Part shown: piece after piece, positions 30,096 to 39,382 of the stretch
Layout: the number at the start of each line of letters is the position of its first letter
Numbering within the stretch: position 1 is the stretch's first letter
Assembly (NCBI GenBank): GCA_934168305.1
Contig: CAKPNF010000002.1
Coordinates: forward strand, 32,308-96,307
Reading direction: 5' to 3'
Length of the DNA: 64,000 nucleotides
DNA from: an uncultured Clostridia bacterium
GTDB lineage: Bacteria; Bacillota; Clostridia; TANB77; CAG-508
Program-made: the position numbers and the translations under genes
The notes under the pieces: model-generated
Told to the model about the DNA's origin: nothing
Databases searched by the model: none
What the model saw: only the letters and a program-made list of their open reading frames with translations

Positions 30096-30996
30096 AAAAG
30101 TCGCTATACTAATGTCCACATATAATGGTGAAAAATACATAAAAGAACAATTAGATAGTTTATTAAATCAAAGTTATAAAAATATAGAAATTTATATCAG
30201 AGATGATGGATCAAAAGATAAAACTATTAATATAGTTAAAGAATATGAAAATAAGTACAATAACGTAATTTTTAATCAAGGGGAAAATGTAGGATATATT
30301 AATAGTTTTTTTAATCTATTAAAATTATGCAACGATGCCGATTATTATGCATATTGTGACCAAGATGATATATGGATGGAAGAAAAAATTGAAAGAGCTG
30401 TACAAAAATTAGATGAAAACAGCTGTGATAAACCGATTTTATACTTTTCAAACTTGGATTTTTATGATGGAGAAATGAATTATTTAGCATCAGCACCTAA
30501 AGAGAAAAAATATAATTTTAGAAATTCATTAGTTGAATGTATAACACAAGGGATGACGATGGTTATAAATAAAAAAGCAAGAGATACAATTATAGATAAC
30601 ATTCCTAGTGTATGTTTAGGACATGACTGGTGGACATATATGATTTGTAGTGGATTTGGAAAAATTATTTATGATAGTGAATCTCTAGTAAAGTATAGAA
30701 GACATAATAAAAGTGTTACTTTGGAAGGAGAAAGCCAGTTTAAATTATTAATTTGGAGAATAAAAAAATTTCTATTAGGTGATTCTTTAAAACAAATAAA
30801 AGTCCAAATTAAAGAATATGATAAATTATATTCAGACAAATTGAACAACGAAGATAGAAAATTACTTAAATTATTTACAAAAGATAAATACAATTTTTTA
30901 ATAGCATTAAGAAAAGCTTTTTATCCTAAGAGATATAGAAGAAAAATAACAGATGAAATAAGTGTTAGAATATTATTTATTTTTGGAAAATTATAA
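30085..30996 (+). CDS. glycosyltransferase family 2
   Basis: AILMSTYNGEKYIKEQLDSLLNQSYKNIEIYIRDDGSKDKT, CDQDDIW. Confidence 0.8.
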   Translation: MNNKKVAILMSTYNGEKYIKEQLDSLLNQSYKNIEIYIRDDGSKDKTINIVKEYENKYNNVIFNQGENVGYINSFFNLLKLCNDADYYAYCDQDDIWMEEKIERAVQKLDENSCDKPILYFSNLDFYDGEMNYLASAPKEKKYNFRNSLVECITQGMTMVINKKARDTIIDNIPSVCLGHDWWTYMICSGFGKIIYDSESLVKYRRHNKSVTLEGESQFKLLIWRIKKFLLGDSLKQIKVQIKEYDKLYSDKLNNEDRKLLKLFTKDKYNFLIALRKAFYPKRYRRKITDEISVRILFIFGKL

Positions 30997-31097
30997 TTTT
31001 GTTAAAAAACATCAAAATTCAAACCAGTATTTTACATTGAAAAGCCTTATAAAAAATATTATAATAAAGTATATAATAATCATAAAGGAGGCATAAA

Positions 31098-33224
31098 TTG
31101 AAAAAAGTCACAAATTTAGTAATATTATTATTAATATCACTGCTATTAATAAATGTTTTTCTGCCTATTAATTTAGCAGATTCTGAAAATGCAAATCAAG
31201 AAAATAATAACTCTATATTATATAATAACATAGAGCTAGAAGAGAATAAAACATTGTTAAGTAATAATGAGGTTAATGATGTTATTGAAAAAGAAGAAAC
31301 AAATATAGAAGAAAATGAGAAAATTGAAGAGAAACAAGAAAATAAAGTTCTTATAGAAAATACGATTCCCAATGAATTAAATGAACAAACAACTATTGAA
31401 AATGATGATGTAATGCCATTAAATGATACTACTGGTTTAGCAGTACAATATAAAACACATGTACAAAATATAGGATGGCAGGATTATGTACAAGATGGGA
31501 ATATATCAGGAACATCTGGTAAAGGGTATAGATTAGAAGGAATTAATATTCAATTATTAAATTCAGAAAAAAATTTAAACATAAAATATCAAGTACATGT
31601 ACAAAATATAGGATGGCAAGGTTGGAAAAAAAATGGGGAAGTAGCAGGTACTTCAGGACAAAGCCTAAGGTTAGAAGCTATAAGAATTTGCTTAGATAGT
31701 TCTGACGATTATTCTATACAATATAGAGTACACGTACAAAATATGGGATGGCAAGATTGGAAAATCGATGGAGAAATGGCAGGTACATCTGGACAAAATC
31801 TGAGATTAGAAGCAATACAAATAAAAATTATTCCAAAGCAAAAAAAAGGAAGATTATGTATAGATACTCCATCTAATGGAAATACATATTATTCATCATC
31901 TGACATAAGAGTTCAAGGTTGGAAAATGTCAAATATTTCTAATACATTTATAAAAGCATATATAGATAATATAGAAATTGATTCCAAGACAATAACTTAC
32001 TATAATAGAACTGATGTAACAAATGCAATTTTAGATTGTGGAACAGAATCTCAAAATCCAAAAGCAGGTTTTTATTTTAGTTTTAATAGTAATAATATTT
32101 CAAGCGGACAACATACTTTAAAGATAGAATTATATTCAGAAAAAGATATTATTAGTGCAGAAAGTACAAATTTTTATATAGATAAAAACTTACATATAAA
32201 TTATAGAACTCACGTCCAACATGATGGATGGCAGGGATATGTAAAAGATGGTCAAATGTCAGGAACTTCAGGAAAATCTTATAGAGTAGAAGCTTTAAAT
32301 ATAAGTTTAATAAATGCACCAGAAAATGCAAAAATATTATATAGAACTCATGTCCAAAATATTGGATGGCAAAAATGGAAAGAAAATGGTGAAATGGCAG
32401 GGACAGAGGGAAAAGCATATAGAATAGAAGCTATAGAAATAATTCTAGAAAATATGGATAAATATACAGTTGAATATCAAGTTCATATACAAGATAAAGG
32501 ATGGACAGACTGGTATATGGATGGAGAAACGGCCGGAACTGTAGGACAAGAAAGAAGAATTGAAGCCATAAGAATAAGATTAGTTGCAAAAAAAGAAAAG
32601 AGATTATATAAAGGAATTGATGTAAGTAAATTCAATGGTAGCGTAAACTGGGGCTTTGTAAAAAGAGATGGAATAGATTTTGCATTTATAAGAGCCGGTT
32701 TTAGAGGATATGGTTCAAGAGGAACACTTAATGAAGATCCATGTTTTAGATTGAACATACAAGGTGCTAAACAAGCAGGAATTCCGGTTGGAGTTTATTT
32801 TATAACACAAGCTATTACGGCTGAAGAAGCAATTCAAGAAGCAAACTGGGTAGTAGAAAGAGTAAAAGATTATAATATAGAATATCCAATTGCAATTGAT
32901 ATAGAAGCGCCAGGCTTAGAAAAACCTGATGATATACCAAGAACACAAAATTTAGACAAAAATACCAGAACATATCTAGCAAAAGTATTTTGTCAAACAA
33001 TACAAAAAGCAGGGTATACACCAATTATATATTGCAATATAGATTGGGCATATAATTATTTAAATATGTCAGAATTATCAGAATATGACACATGGATAGC
33101 AAGTTACAGAGATAATAATCCAGGATATAATGGAAAATACTCTATTTGGCAATACACAAGTAAAGGACAAGTAAATGGTGTATTAGGATATGTGGATAGA
33201 AACATATGTTATAAAAAATACTAA
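31098..33224 (+). CDS. secreted autolysin: six ChW repeats plus C-terminal GH25 lysozyme (muramidase) domain
   Basis: TTG start behind aaaggagg. Signal peptide ...NLA/DS and an acidic E-rich linker. Six YxxHVQNIGWQ ChW units. C-terminus GIDVSKFNGSVNWGFVKRDGIDFAFIRAGFRGYGS...GIPVGVYFI is a GH25 signature. Confidence 0.8.
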   Translation: MKKVTNLVILLLISLLLINVFLPINLADSENANQENNNSILYNNIELEENKTLLSNNEVNDVIEKEETNIEENEKIEEKQENKVLIENTIPNELNEQTTIENDDVMPLNDTTGLAVQYKTHVQNIGWQDYVQDGNISGTSGKGYRLEGINIQLLNSEKNLNIKYQVHVQNIGWQGWKKNGEVAGTSGQSLRLEAIRICLDSSDDYSIQYRVHVQNMGWQDWKIDGEMAGTSGQNLRLEAIQIKIIPKQKKGRLCIDTPSNGNTYYSSSDIRVQGWKMSNISNTFIKAYIDNIEIDSKTITYYNRTDVTNAILDCGTESQNPKAGFYFSFNSNNISSGQHTLKIELYSEKDIISAESTNFYIDKNLHINYRTHVQHDGWQGYVKDGQMSGTSGKSYRVEALNISLINAPENAKILYRTHVQNIGWQKWKENGEMAGTEGKAYRIEAIEIILENMDKYTVEYQVHIQDKGWTDWYMDGETAGTVGQERRIEAIRIRLVAKKEKRLYKGIDVSKFNGSVNWGFVKRDGIDFAFIRAGFRGYGSRGTLNEDPCFRLNIQGAKQAGIPVGVYFITQAITAEEAIQEANWVVERVKDYNIEYPIAIDIEAPGLEKPDDIPRTQNLDKNTRTYLAKVFCQTIQKAGYTPIIYCNIDWAYNYLNMSELSEYDTWIASYRDNNPGYNGKYSIWQYTSKGQVNGVLGYVDRNICYKKY

Positions 33225-33254
33225 TTATATTAAATGAAATATGAGGAGAAAAAG

Positions 33255-33701
33255 ATGGAAAAAATAAAAGATTTATACTTAAAATATAAAGAAATAATAA
33301 ATTATCTAATAGTTGGAATACTAACAACAATAGTAGCTTTAGCAGTATATTATATATCAGTTTTTACTTTCTTGAACCCAGAAAACAGTGTACAATTACA
33401 AATTGCAAATATATTATCTTGGATAGCTGGTGTTACATTTGCATATTTTACAAACAGAAAATTCGTATTTGAAAGTAAAGAGAAAAACAAAATCAAAGAA
33501 GCATCAAAATTCATATTAGCAAGAGTTATTACACTTTTTATGGATATGATTATTATGTGGTTAGGTGTAACAATATTACATGGTAATGATAAAATAATGA
33601 AATTGATTTCTCAGGTAGTAATAACAATATCAAATTATATTTTTAGTAAGATTTTTGTATTTACAAGGGCAACCGAGGAATATTCTAAGGAGGAAAAATA
33701 A
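33255..33701 (+). CDS. GtrA family flippase-like protein
   Basis: SD gaggag. Four TM helices. LIVGILTTIVALAVYY...NRKFVFESK pattern. Confidence 0.65.
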   Translation: MEKIKDLYLKYKEIINYLIVGILTTIVALAVYYISVFTFLNPENSVQLQIANILSWIAGVTFAYFTNRKFVFESKEKNKIKEASKFILARVITLFMDMIIMWLGVTILHGNDKIMKLISQVVITISNYIFSKIFVFTRATEEYSKEEK

Positions 33702-33702
33702 A

Positions 33703-34644
33703 ATGGAAAAGAAAAAAGTAACGCTTGTTATACCAATGTATTATGAAGAAAAAGTAGCAGAAGAATGCTATAAAAGAGTAAAAGAAAACTTAAAAAAATT
33801 AGAAAATTATGACCATGAAATAATATTTGTAAATGACGGAAGTAAAGACAAAACATTAGAGATACTAGAAAATATTGCTAAAAATGATACAAGTGTAAAA
33901 ATAATATCATTTTCAAGAAACTTTGGACACCAAGCAGCAGTAACTGCAGGACTTCAATATGTAACTGGAGATGCAATAGTAATAATGGATGCTGACCTTC
34001 AAGATCCACCAGAATTAATACCAGATATGTTAAAATTATGGGAAGAAGGAAATGAAGTAATATACGGAAAAAGAAAATCAAGAGAAGGAGAAAGTGCTTT
34101 CAAATTATTTACAGCAAAAATGTTTTATAAAACTCTTAATGCTCTATCAGATGTTGAAATACCAAGAGATACAGGAGATTTTAGATTAGTAGATAGAAAA
34201 GTAGTTGATACAATAAATATTTTACCAGAACATAATAAATTTTTAAGAGGACTATTTAGTTGGGTTGGCTATAAGCAAGCTCCATTTGAATATGAAAGAA
34301 AAGAAAGATTTGCAGGAGAGACAAAATATCCTTTGAAAAAAATGCTAAAATTAGCATCAGATGGTATTATAAGTTTTTCTACAAAACCATTAAAATTAGT
34401 TGGAGCATTAGGAATAATATCAATAATAATATCAGTTATATTATTAATTTATGCATTAGTATCATATGCATGTAAATTAAATAATTTATCTGCTGGATGG
34501 ACATCTATTATGGTTGCCATTACATTTTTTGCAGGAGTTCAACTATTATCAATTTGGGTTATGTCAGAATATGTAGGTAGAATTTATGACGAAACAAAAC
34601 AAAGACCACAATATATAATAGATAAAAAAATCAATATAGAATAA
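33703..34644 (+). CDS. GT2 polyprenyl-phosphate sugar synthase (GtrB/ArnC-like) with two C-terminal TM helices
   Basis: SD aaggagg precedes the ATG at 33703. VTLVIPMYYEEK...FVNDGSKDKT, MDADLQDPP, and two C-terminal TM helices. Confidence 0.8.
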   Translation: MEKKKVTLVIPMYYEEKVAEECYKRVKENLKKLENYDHEIIFVNDGSKDKTLEILENIAKNDTSVKIISFSRNFGHQAAVTAGLQYVTGDAIVIMDADLQDPPELIPDMLKLWEEGNEVIYGKRKSREGESAFKLFTAKMFYKTLNALSDVEIPRDTGDFRLVDRKVVDTINILPEHNKFLRGLFSWVGYKQAPFEYERKERFAGETKYPLKKMLKLASDGIISFSTKPLKLVGALGIISIIISVILLIYALVSYACKLNNLSAGWTSIMVAITFFAGVQLLSIWVMSEYVGRIYDETKQRPQYIIDKKINIE

Positions 34645-34651
34645 AAAAGAA

Positions 34652-34690
34652 AAAGGATAGATTTAAACAAAAATCTATCCTTTAAAAAAT
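34652..34690. terminator. bidirectional intrinsic terminator
   Basis: aaaggatagatt...aatctatccttt stem flanked by A-run and T-run. Confidence 0.7.
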
Positions 34691-34701
34691 TTTTTTCAAA
34701 A

Positions 34702-34803
34702 TTATCTACAATTATTATTGTTATTTTGTCTTTCATTACTTTGATTTTGATTATTATTGTTATTATTATTGTTGTTATTATTTTTCTTATTTGATTTTGA
34801 CAT
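34702..34803 (-). CDS. possible 33-aa Asn-rich micro-ORF (MSKSNKKNNNNNNNNNNNQNQSNERQNNNNNCR) in a low-complexity (ATT)n tract
   Basis: Strong SD GGAGGTG 7 nt upstream of the ATG on the minus strand. The ORF lies wholly in simple-sequence DNA, so it may be spurious. Confidence 0.15.
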   Translation of the reverse strand: MSKSNKKNNNNNNNNNNNQNQSNERQNNNNNCR

Positions 34804-34961
34804 TGAAATGCACCTCCATTCAATTTCTAAACATATTTTAACCTAAAAATAAAAAATTATTCTATAAAATTTGTCTTTTTATAAAAAAAGGGATATAATA
34901 ATAACGAAAAAAATTTTTATGAATAAAATAAAACATAAACAGGTATCAGGAGGTAATAATT

Positions 34962-36362
34962 GTGAATTTTGAAAATAAAAAATTAGAAGAATTTAATGAA
35001 TACATAAGATTTAGGAAAGTAGCAGTAATAGGGTTAGGAGTAAGCAATTTACCACTATTAGACTATCTATATGAAAAAAAAGCACAAGTGACTGTCTTTG
35101 ATGAAAGAACAGTTGATGAAATCCCACAAAATATAATAACAAAAATAAATACATATGAATTCAAATATTCATTTGGAAAAAATTGCCTTGAAAAATTAAA
35201 AGGATTTAACATTATATTTAGGTCACCAAGTTGCCTACCAACAAGAAAAGAATTACAAGAAGAAGCGGATAGAGGAGCAATTGTTACAACAGAAGTAGAA
35301 ATGTTAATGGAAATGTGTCCATGTAAAATTATAGGAGTTACAGGAAGTGATGGCAAAACAACAACAACAAGTATGATAAATGCAATATTAAAAAAAGCAG
35401 GATACAACACTTTCTTAGGGGGAAATATAGGAACACCATTATTTACAAAATTGCCAGAAATAAAACCAGATGATATTGTAGTATTAGAATTAAGTAGTTT
35501 TCAATTAATGAATATGCAAGTAAGTCCAGATATAGCAGTTATTACAAATATAACACCAAATCATTTAAATATTCACAAAGATTATCAAGAATACATAGAT
35601 GCCAAAAAGAACATTTTTAAAAATCAAGATGAAAGCGGAATATTAATTTTAAATTATGATAATGATATAACAAGAAGCTGTGCAAAAGAAGCAAAAGGAA
35701 AAGTTATATTCTTTAGCAGTAAAGAAAAATTAGATAATGGCTTTATAGTAGATGAAGAGATAATAAAAGAATGTGAAGATAAAGTTAGAAAACATATTTT
35801 AAATACAAATGAAGTAATTTTAAGAGGAAACCATAATTTTCAAAACATTGCAACTGCATTAGCTGCTACAAAAACTTTAGTAGACACAGACATTGCTGTC
35901 CAAGCAATAAAAGAATTCAAACCTGTTGAACACAGAATAGAATTTATAAGAGAAATTGATGGAGTAAAATGGTATAATGACTCTGCAAGCTCTTCACCAA
36001 CAAGAACATTATCAGGAATAAATGCTTTTAAAGAAAATATAGTTTTAATAGCCGGAGGATATGACAAGAATTTAGATTACGAACCACTTGCAAAGCCAGT
36101 ATTAGATAAAGTTTCAACATTAATATTAATAGGTCAAACTGCGGAAAAAATATTTGATGCAGTAAAAAATGAAGTAGATAAACAAAATAAAAAAATTGAT
36201 ATTTATATGTGTGATTCTTTAGAGCAAACAATAGATATTGCAAAAAAAACATCTAAAAAAGGTGATGTAGTATTATTTTCACCTGCAAGTGCAAGTTTTG
36301 ATATGTTTAAAAATTTTGCAGATAGAGGCGAAAAATTTAAAAATCTAGTAAATAATATTTAA
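34962..36362 (+). CDS. murD: UDP-N-acetylmuramoyl-L-alanine--D-glutamate ligase
   Basis: GTG start behind aggaggt. GVTGSDGKTTTTSMI (Mur ligase P-loop). Length and order match MurD. Confidence 0.85.
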   Translation: MNFENKKLEEFNEYIRFRKVAVIGLGVSNLPLLDYLYEKKAQVTVFDERTVDEIPQNIITKINTYEFKYSFGKNCLEKLKGFNIIFRSPSCLPTRKELQEEADRGAIVTTEVEMLMEMCPCKIIGVTGSDGKTTTTSMINAILKKAGYNTFLGGNIGTPLFTKLPEIKPDDIVVLELSSFQLMNMQVSPDIAVITNITPNHLNIHKDYQEYIDAKKNIFKNQDESGILILNYDNDITRSCAKEAKGKVIFFSSKEKLDNGFIVDEEIIKECEDKVRKHILNTNEVILRGNHNFQNIATALAATKTLVDTDIAVQAIKEFKPVEHRIEFIREIDGVKWYNDSASSSPTRTLSGINAFKENIVLIAGGYDKNLDYEPLAKPVLDKVSTLILIGQTAEKIFDAVKNEVDKQNKKIDIYMCDSLEQTIDIAKKTSKKGDVVLFSPASASFDMFKNFADRGEKFKNLVNNI

Positions 36363-36417
36363 CCAAAACAAAACCTTTCTCATATGATATAGAAGTAAAA
36401 AATGAGGGAGGTTTATT

Positions 36418-37071
36418 ATGTATAACGAAACATATGATGACTACATAAGAAGTATTTTAGGATATCCACCAATGAGGTCATATGAAGATGATTTCGCAGA
36501 TTATAGAAATCAAAATATGATGAATTCAAATATGAATATAAATTCAATGAATACAGCATCAAATATGGATTTAGAAAATTGTTATCCTGAGATATACAAA
36601 ATTGTTTATCCAATGGTACAGAAAAAATGCGACAGTGTTGGAACATCTGTATCAAATGATGATATACAAAATATGACAAATGAAATATATTTTGCTTTAG
36701 AGGGAAGAGCAGAAGTTCAACTTAACATCAATTTAGAAAACGAAGTAAGAAAATCGGAAACAACAAATTCAAATACAACTAAAATATCAGAAAAAAAACC
36801 AAATGTAAAAATAAGTGAAACATCAAATGAAAAAAGAGAAACAAGGCAAATAAACACAGGACTTAGGGATTTGATACAAATATTATTAATTAGAGAATTA
36901 TTAAGGAGAAGGAGACCAGGCGAAAGACCAGGAAGACCACCTATGCCACGTCCTCCAATGCCAGGACCTCGACCACCAATGAGACCACCTTTTAGACCGG
37001 GATTTGGACCAGGAGGAACAATGTTTAATAGGGATTTTGAAATATCAAATTATGATATTTATGAAAACTAA
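36418..37071 (+). CDS. hypothetical protein with a Pro-rich repetitive C-terminus (possible spore coat/structural protein)
   Basis: SD gagggagg. C-terminal RPGERPGRPPMPRPPMPGPRPPMRPPFRPGFGPGG tract. Confidence 0.35.
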   Translation: MYNETYDDYIRSILGYPPMRSYEDDFADYRNQNMMNSNMNINSMNTASNMDLENCYPEIYKIVYPMVQKKCDSVGTSVSNDDIQNMTNEIYFALEGRAEVQLNINLENEVRKSETTNSNTTKISEKKPNVKISETSNEKRETRQINTGLRDLIQILLIRELLRRRRPGERPGRPPMPRPPMPGPRPPMRPPFRPGFGPGGTMFNRDFEISNYDIYEN

Positions 37072-37239
37072 AAAATGAAAAATTTTCCAAATATGCAAAT
37101 TAAATTTTGCATATTTTTTTTTATTTTGATAAACAATAATTTAAGAAAGCAAATTTTAGAATTTTTTTGTTGTTCAGTAGAGTATAACATAGAAAATAAA
37201 AATTTGTTTAATATAAAGTAAGAGAAAGGTGGTATAAAA

Positions 37240-37686
37240 ATGAAAGTAAAAGACTGTATGTGTGAAAACGTATGTTGTGTAAAACCAGAAACAAAAATAG
37301 ATGAGGTTGCAAAATTAATGAGCGAAAATCATATTGGATGTATTCCAGTATGTGATAGTAATAATTGTATTTGTGGAATTTTAACAGACAGAGACATTTT
37401 ATTAAGAACAGTAGCATGTAATAAAGAAGCAAATAATACAACAGCGAGTGATATAATGTCAACAGATGTATGTACTTGCAAAGAAGATGATGAAATGTCA
37501 AATGCAGAAACTAAAATGGGAAATAATCAAATAAGAAGATTACCTGTTTGTGATGAAAATAATCATGTAATAGGAATTTTAACATTAGGCGATTTAGCAC
37601 AAAATGATATTCAACTTGGTACACAACAAGTTTGTAATACAATAAGTAATATATGCGATTGCAATACAAATAAGAATAATCAATAA
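37240..37686 (+). CDS. CBS domain pair protein with Cys-rich tail
   Basis: Two CBS-like units (IGCIPVCD...GILTDRDIL; IRRLPVCDENNHVIGILTLGDL). Confidence 0.65.
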   Translation: MKVKDCMCENVCCVKPETKIDEVAKLMSENHIGCIPVCDSNNCICGILTDRDILLRTVACNKEANNTTASDIMSTDVCTCKEDDEMSNAETKMGNNQIRRLPVCDENNHVIGILTLGDLAQNDIQLGTQQVCNTISNICDCNTNKNNQ

Positions 37687-37707
37687 AAGTGGATTAATGG
37701 ACCAAAA

Positions 37708-37811
37708 GGGATTAAGGGGCCACCACACAAAATCCCTCTTTTACAATCAATTTAACAACAATTACATTAGTTTAAAAAAAGAGGGATTTTGTGTGGTGGC
37801 CCCTTAATCCC
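37708..37811. repeat. GC-rich palindromic element copy 2 (37-bp perfect arms around a 38-bp core)
   Basis: Arms at 37704-37740 and 37779-37815 include the same 29-bp core as copy 1. A degenerate partial arm (ggattaatggacc) lies just upstream at 37691. Confidence 0.85.
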
Positions 37812-37874
37812 TTTTTATACTAAGAATATAAAATGGAATATTACATATAATAATTACATAGGAGAAATTTGGTT

Positions 37875-38972
37875 ATGATTATTGATATGTCTTATTGGAC
37901 AAGAGTATTAAGAAGATTTTTATATGTAATATTAATATTAGTAGGATTATTTTTGGCATTTAAACTATCAATATTTTATATGCCTTTTTTAATAGCATTC
38001 ATAATATCTTTAATAATAGAACCAGCAATAAGATTCCTTATGAGAAAATTAAAATTAACAAGAAAAAAAAGCTCAATAATTATTTTTGTTATAGTATCAG
38101 CAATAATAATCGGTACATTAATATGGGGAGTAGTAGCATTAATTTCGGAAGCTTCAAATTTATTACAAGGGTTAAATGGATATGTAGAAAAAGCATACAT
38201 ATTATTTCAAAATTTTACTGGCAAATTTGATATGAGCAAAATTCATTTACCAAATGAAATAAATACAATAATACAAAATTCAACAGGAGGATTATTAAAT
38301 ACAGCATCTAATTGGATTAGAAATGCTTTAACAGGATTATTAAATATTGTAACTTCAATACCAACAATTGCAATTTATTTTGTTGTAACGATAATGGCAT
38401 TATATTTAATATGTGTTGATAAGGTATATATTTTAGATCAAATTGAACATCACTTTCCAAAAAAATGGGTATTTAAAGTAGGAAATCATATTAGAGATTT
38501 GACAAAAACTTTAGGTGGATATTTAAAAGCAGAAGCTACTTTAATATTAGTTTCTTTTATAATATCTTTAATTGGATTATATATATTAAAATTTGCAAAT
38601 TTTAATATTGAATTTCCGTTGTTAATGGCATTATTTATAGGATTTGTTGATGCATTACCAATTCTAGGTTCTGGAACGGTTATGGTTCCATGGGCTATAA
38701 TTTCAGCATTAAATGGGGATTTGAAATTAGGTATTGCAATTATTGTTTTATTTATAATAATGTCTGTTATAAGACAATTTTTAGAACCTAAATTAGTTAG
38801 TAAACATATAGGTACTCATCCTATTTTTACTTTGATTGCAATGTATACAGGATTTAAATTTATTGGTGTTATTGGTATGTTGATTGGTCCTATTATACTG
38901 ATTATTATAAAAAATGTTTTTGCAACTTTGATAGATGAGGGTGTATTTAAAAGTATTATGGATACAAAATGA
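37875..38972 (+). CDS. AI-2E family transporter (YtvI-like integral membrane protein)
   Basis: SD aggaga. Eight TM helices. Conserved PILGSGTVMVPWA region typical of UPF0118/AI-2E. Confidence 0.65.
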   Translation: MIIDMSYWTRVLRRFLYVILILVGLFLAFKLSIFYMPFLIAFIISLIIEPAIRFLMRKLKLTRKKSSIIIFVIVSAIIIGTLIWGVVALISEASNLLQGLNGYVEKAYILFQNFTGKFDMSKIHLPNEINTIIQNSTGGLLNTASNWIRNALTGLLNIVTSIPTIAIYFVVTIMALYLICVDKVYILDQIEHHFPKKWVFKVGNHIRDLTKTLGGYLKAEATLILVSFIISLIGLYILKFANFNIEFPLLMALFIGFVDALPILGSGTVMVPWAIISALNGDLKLGIAIIVLFIIMSVIRQFLEPKLVSKHIGTHPIFTLIAMYTGFKFIGVIGMLIGPIILIIIKNVFATLIDEGVFKSIMDTK

Positions 38973-39035
38973 TTTTTGACAACATTATTTAATTTATGGT
39001 ATAATTGTTTTAGTTTATGTTTAAGGAGAAATGTT

Positions 39036-39371
39036 ATGGTAAATGAATTCAAAGTTGTAACAATTATGAATGAAGCAATGTTAAAAACACTCAAAGAAAA
39101 TCAGCAAAATTATGACGAAAATTTAAAAATTCAAAAATACTTAGAAGACGAAACTTTCTTTTTTAAAATAAAAAAAGAAGATGCACAAATTGTACTAAAA
39201 AAAATTGGAGTACAAGAAGGGCAATTAGAAAAGGTATATAAAAAATTAATAGCACCAAATATTTATTATGAATTATTAAATTGTGGAAAGATTAAAGAAA
39301 ATGATAATAATATAATCATTAAATATGACAAATACAATTCAGAAAATTTATTTAATAAAAAGAAGAAATAA
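39036..39371 (+). CDS. hypothetical small cytoplasmic protein
   Basis: SD taaggag precedes the ATG at 39036. No recognisable motif. Confidence 0.35.
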   Translation: MVNEFKVVTIMNEAMLKTLKENQQNYDENLKIQKYLEDETFFFKIKKEDAQIVLKKIGVQEGQLEKVYKKLIAPNIYYELLNCGKIKENDNNIIIKYDKYNSENLFNKKKK

Positions 39372-39382
39372 TGGAGGAAAAA

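Noticed and set aside
34690-34800. CRISPR array or tandem-repeat locus in the (ATT)n tract
   Set aside because: It is simple trinucleotide low-complexity sequence without regular repeat-spacer periodicity or nearby cas genes.
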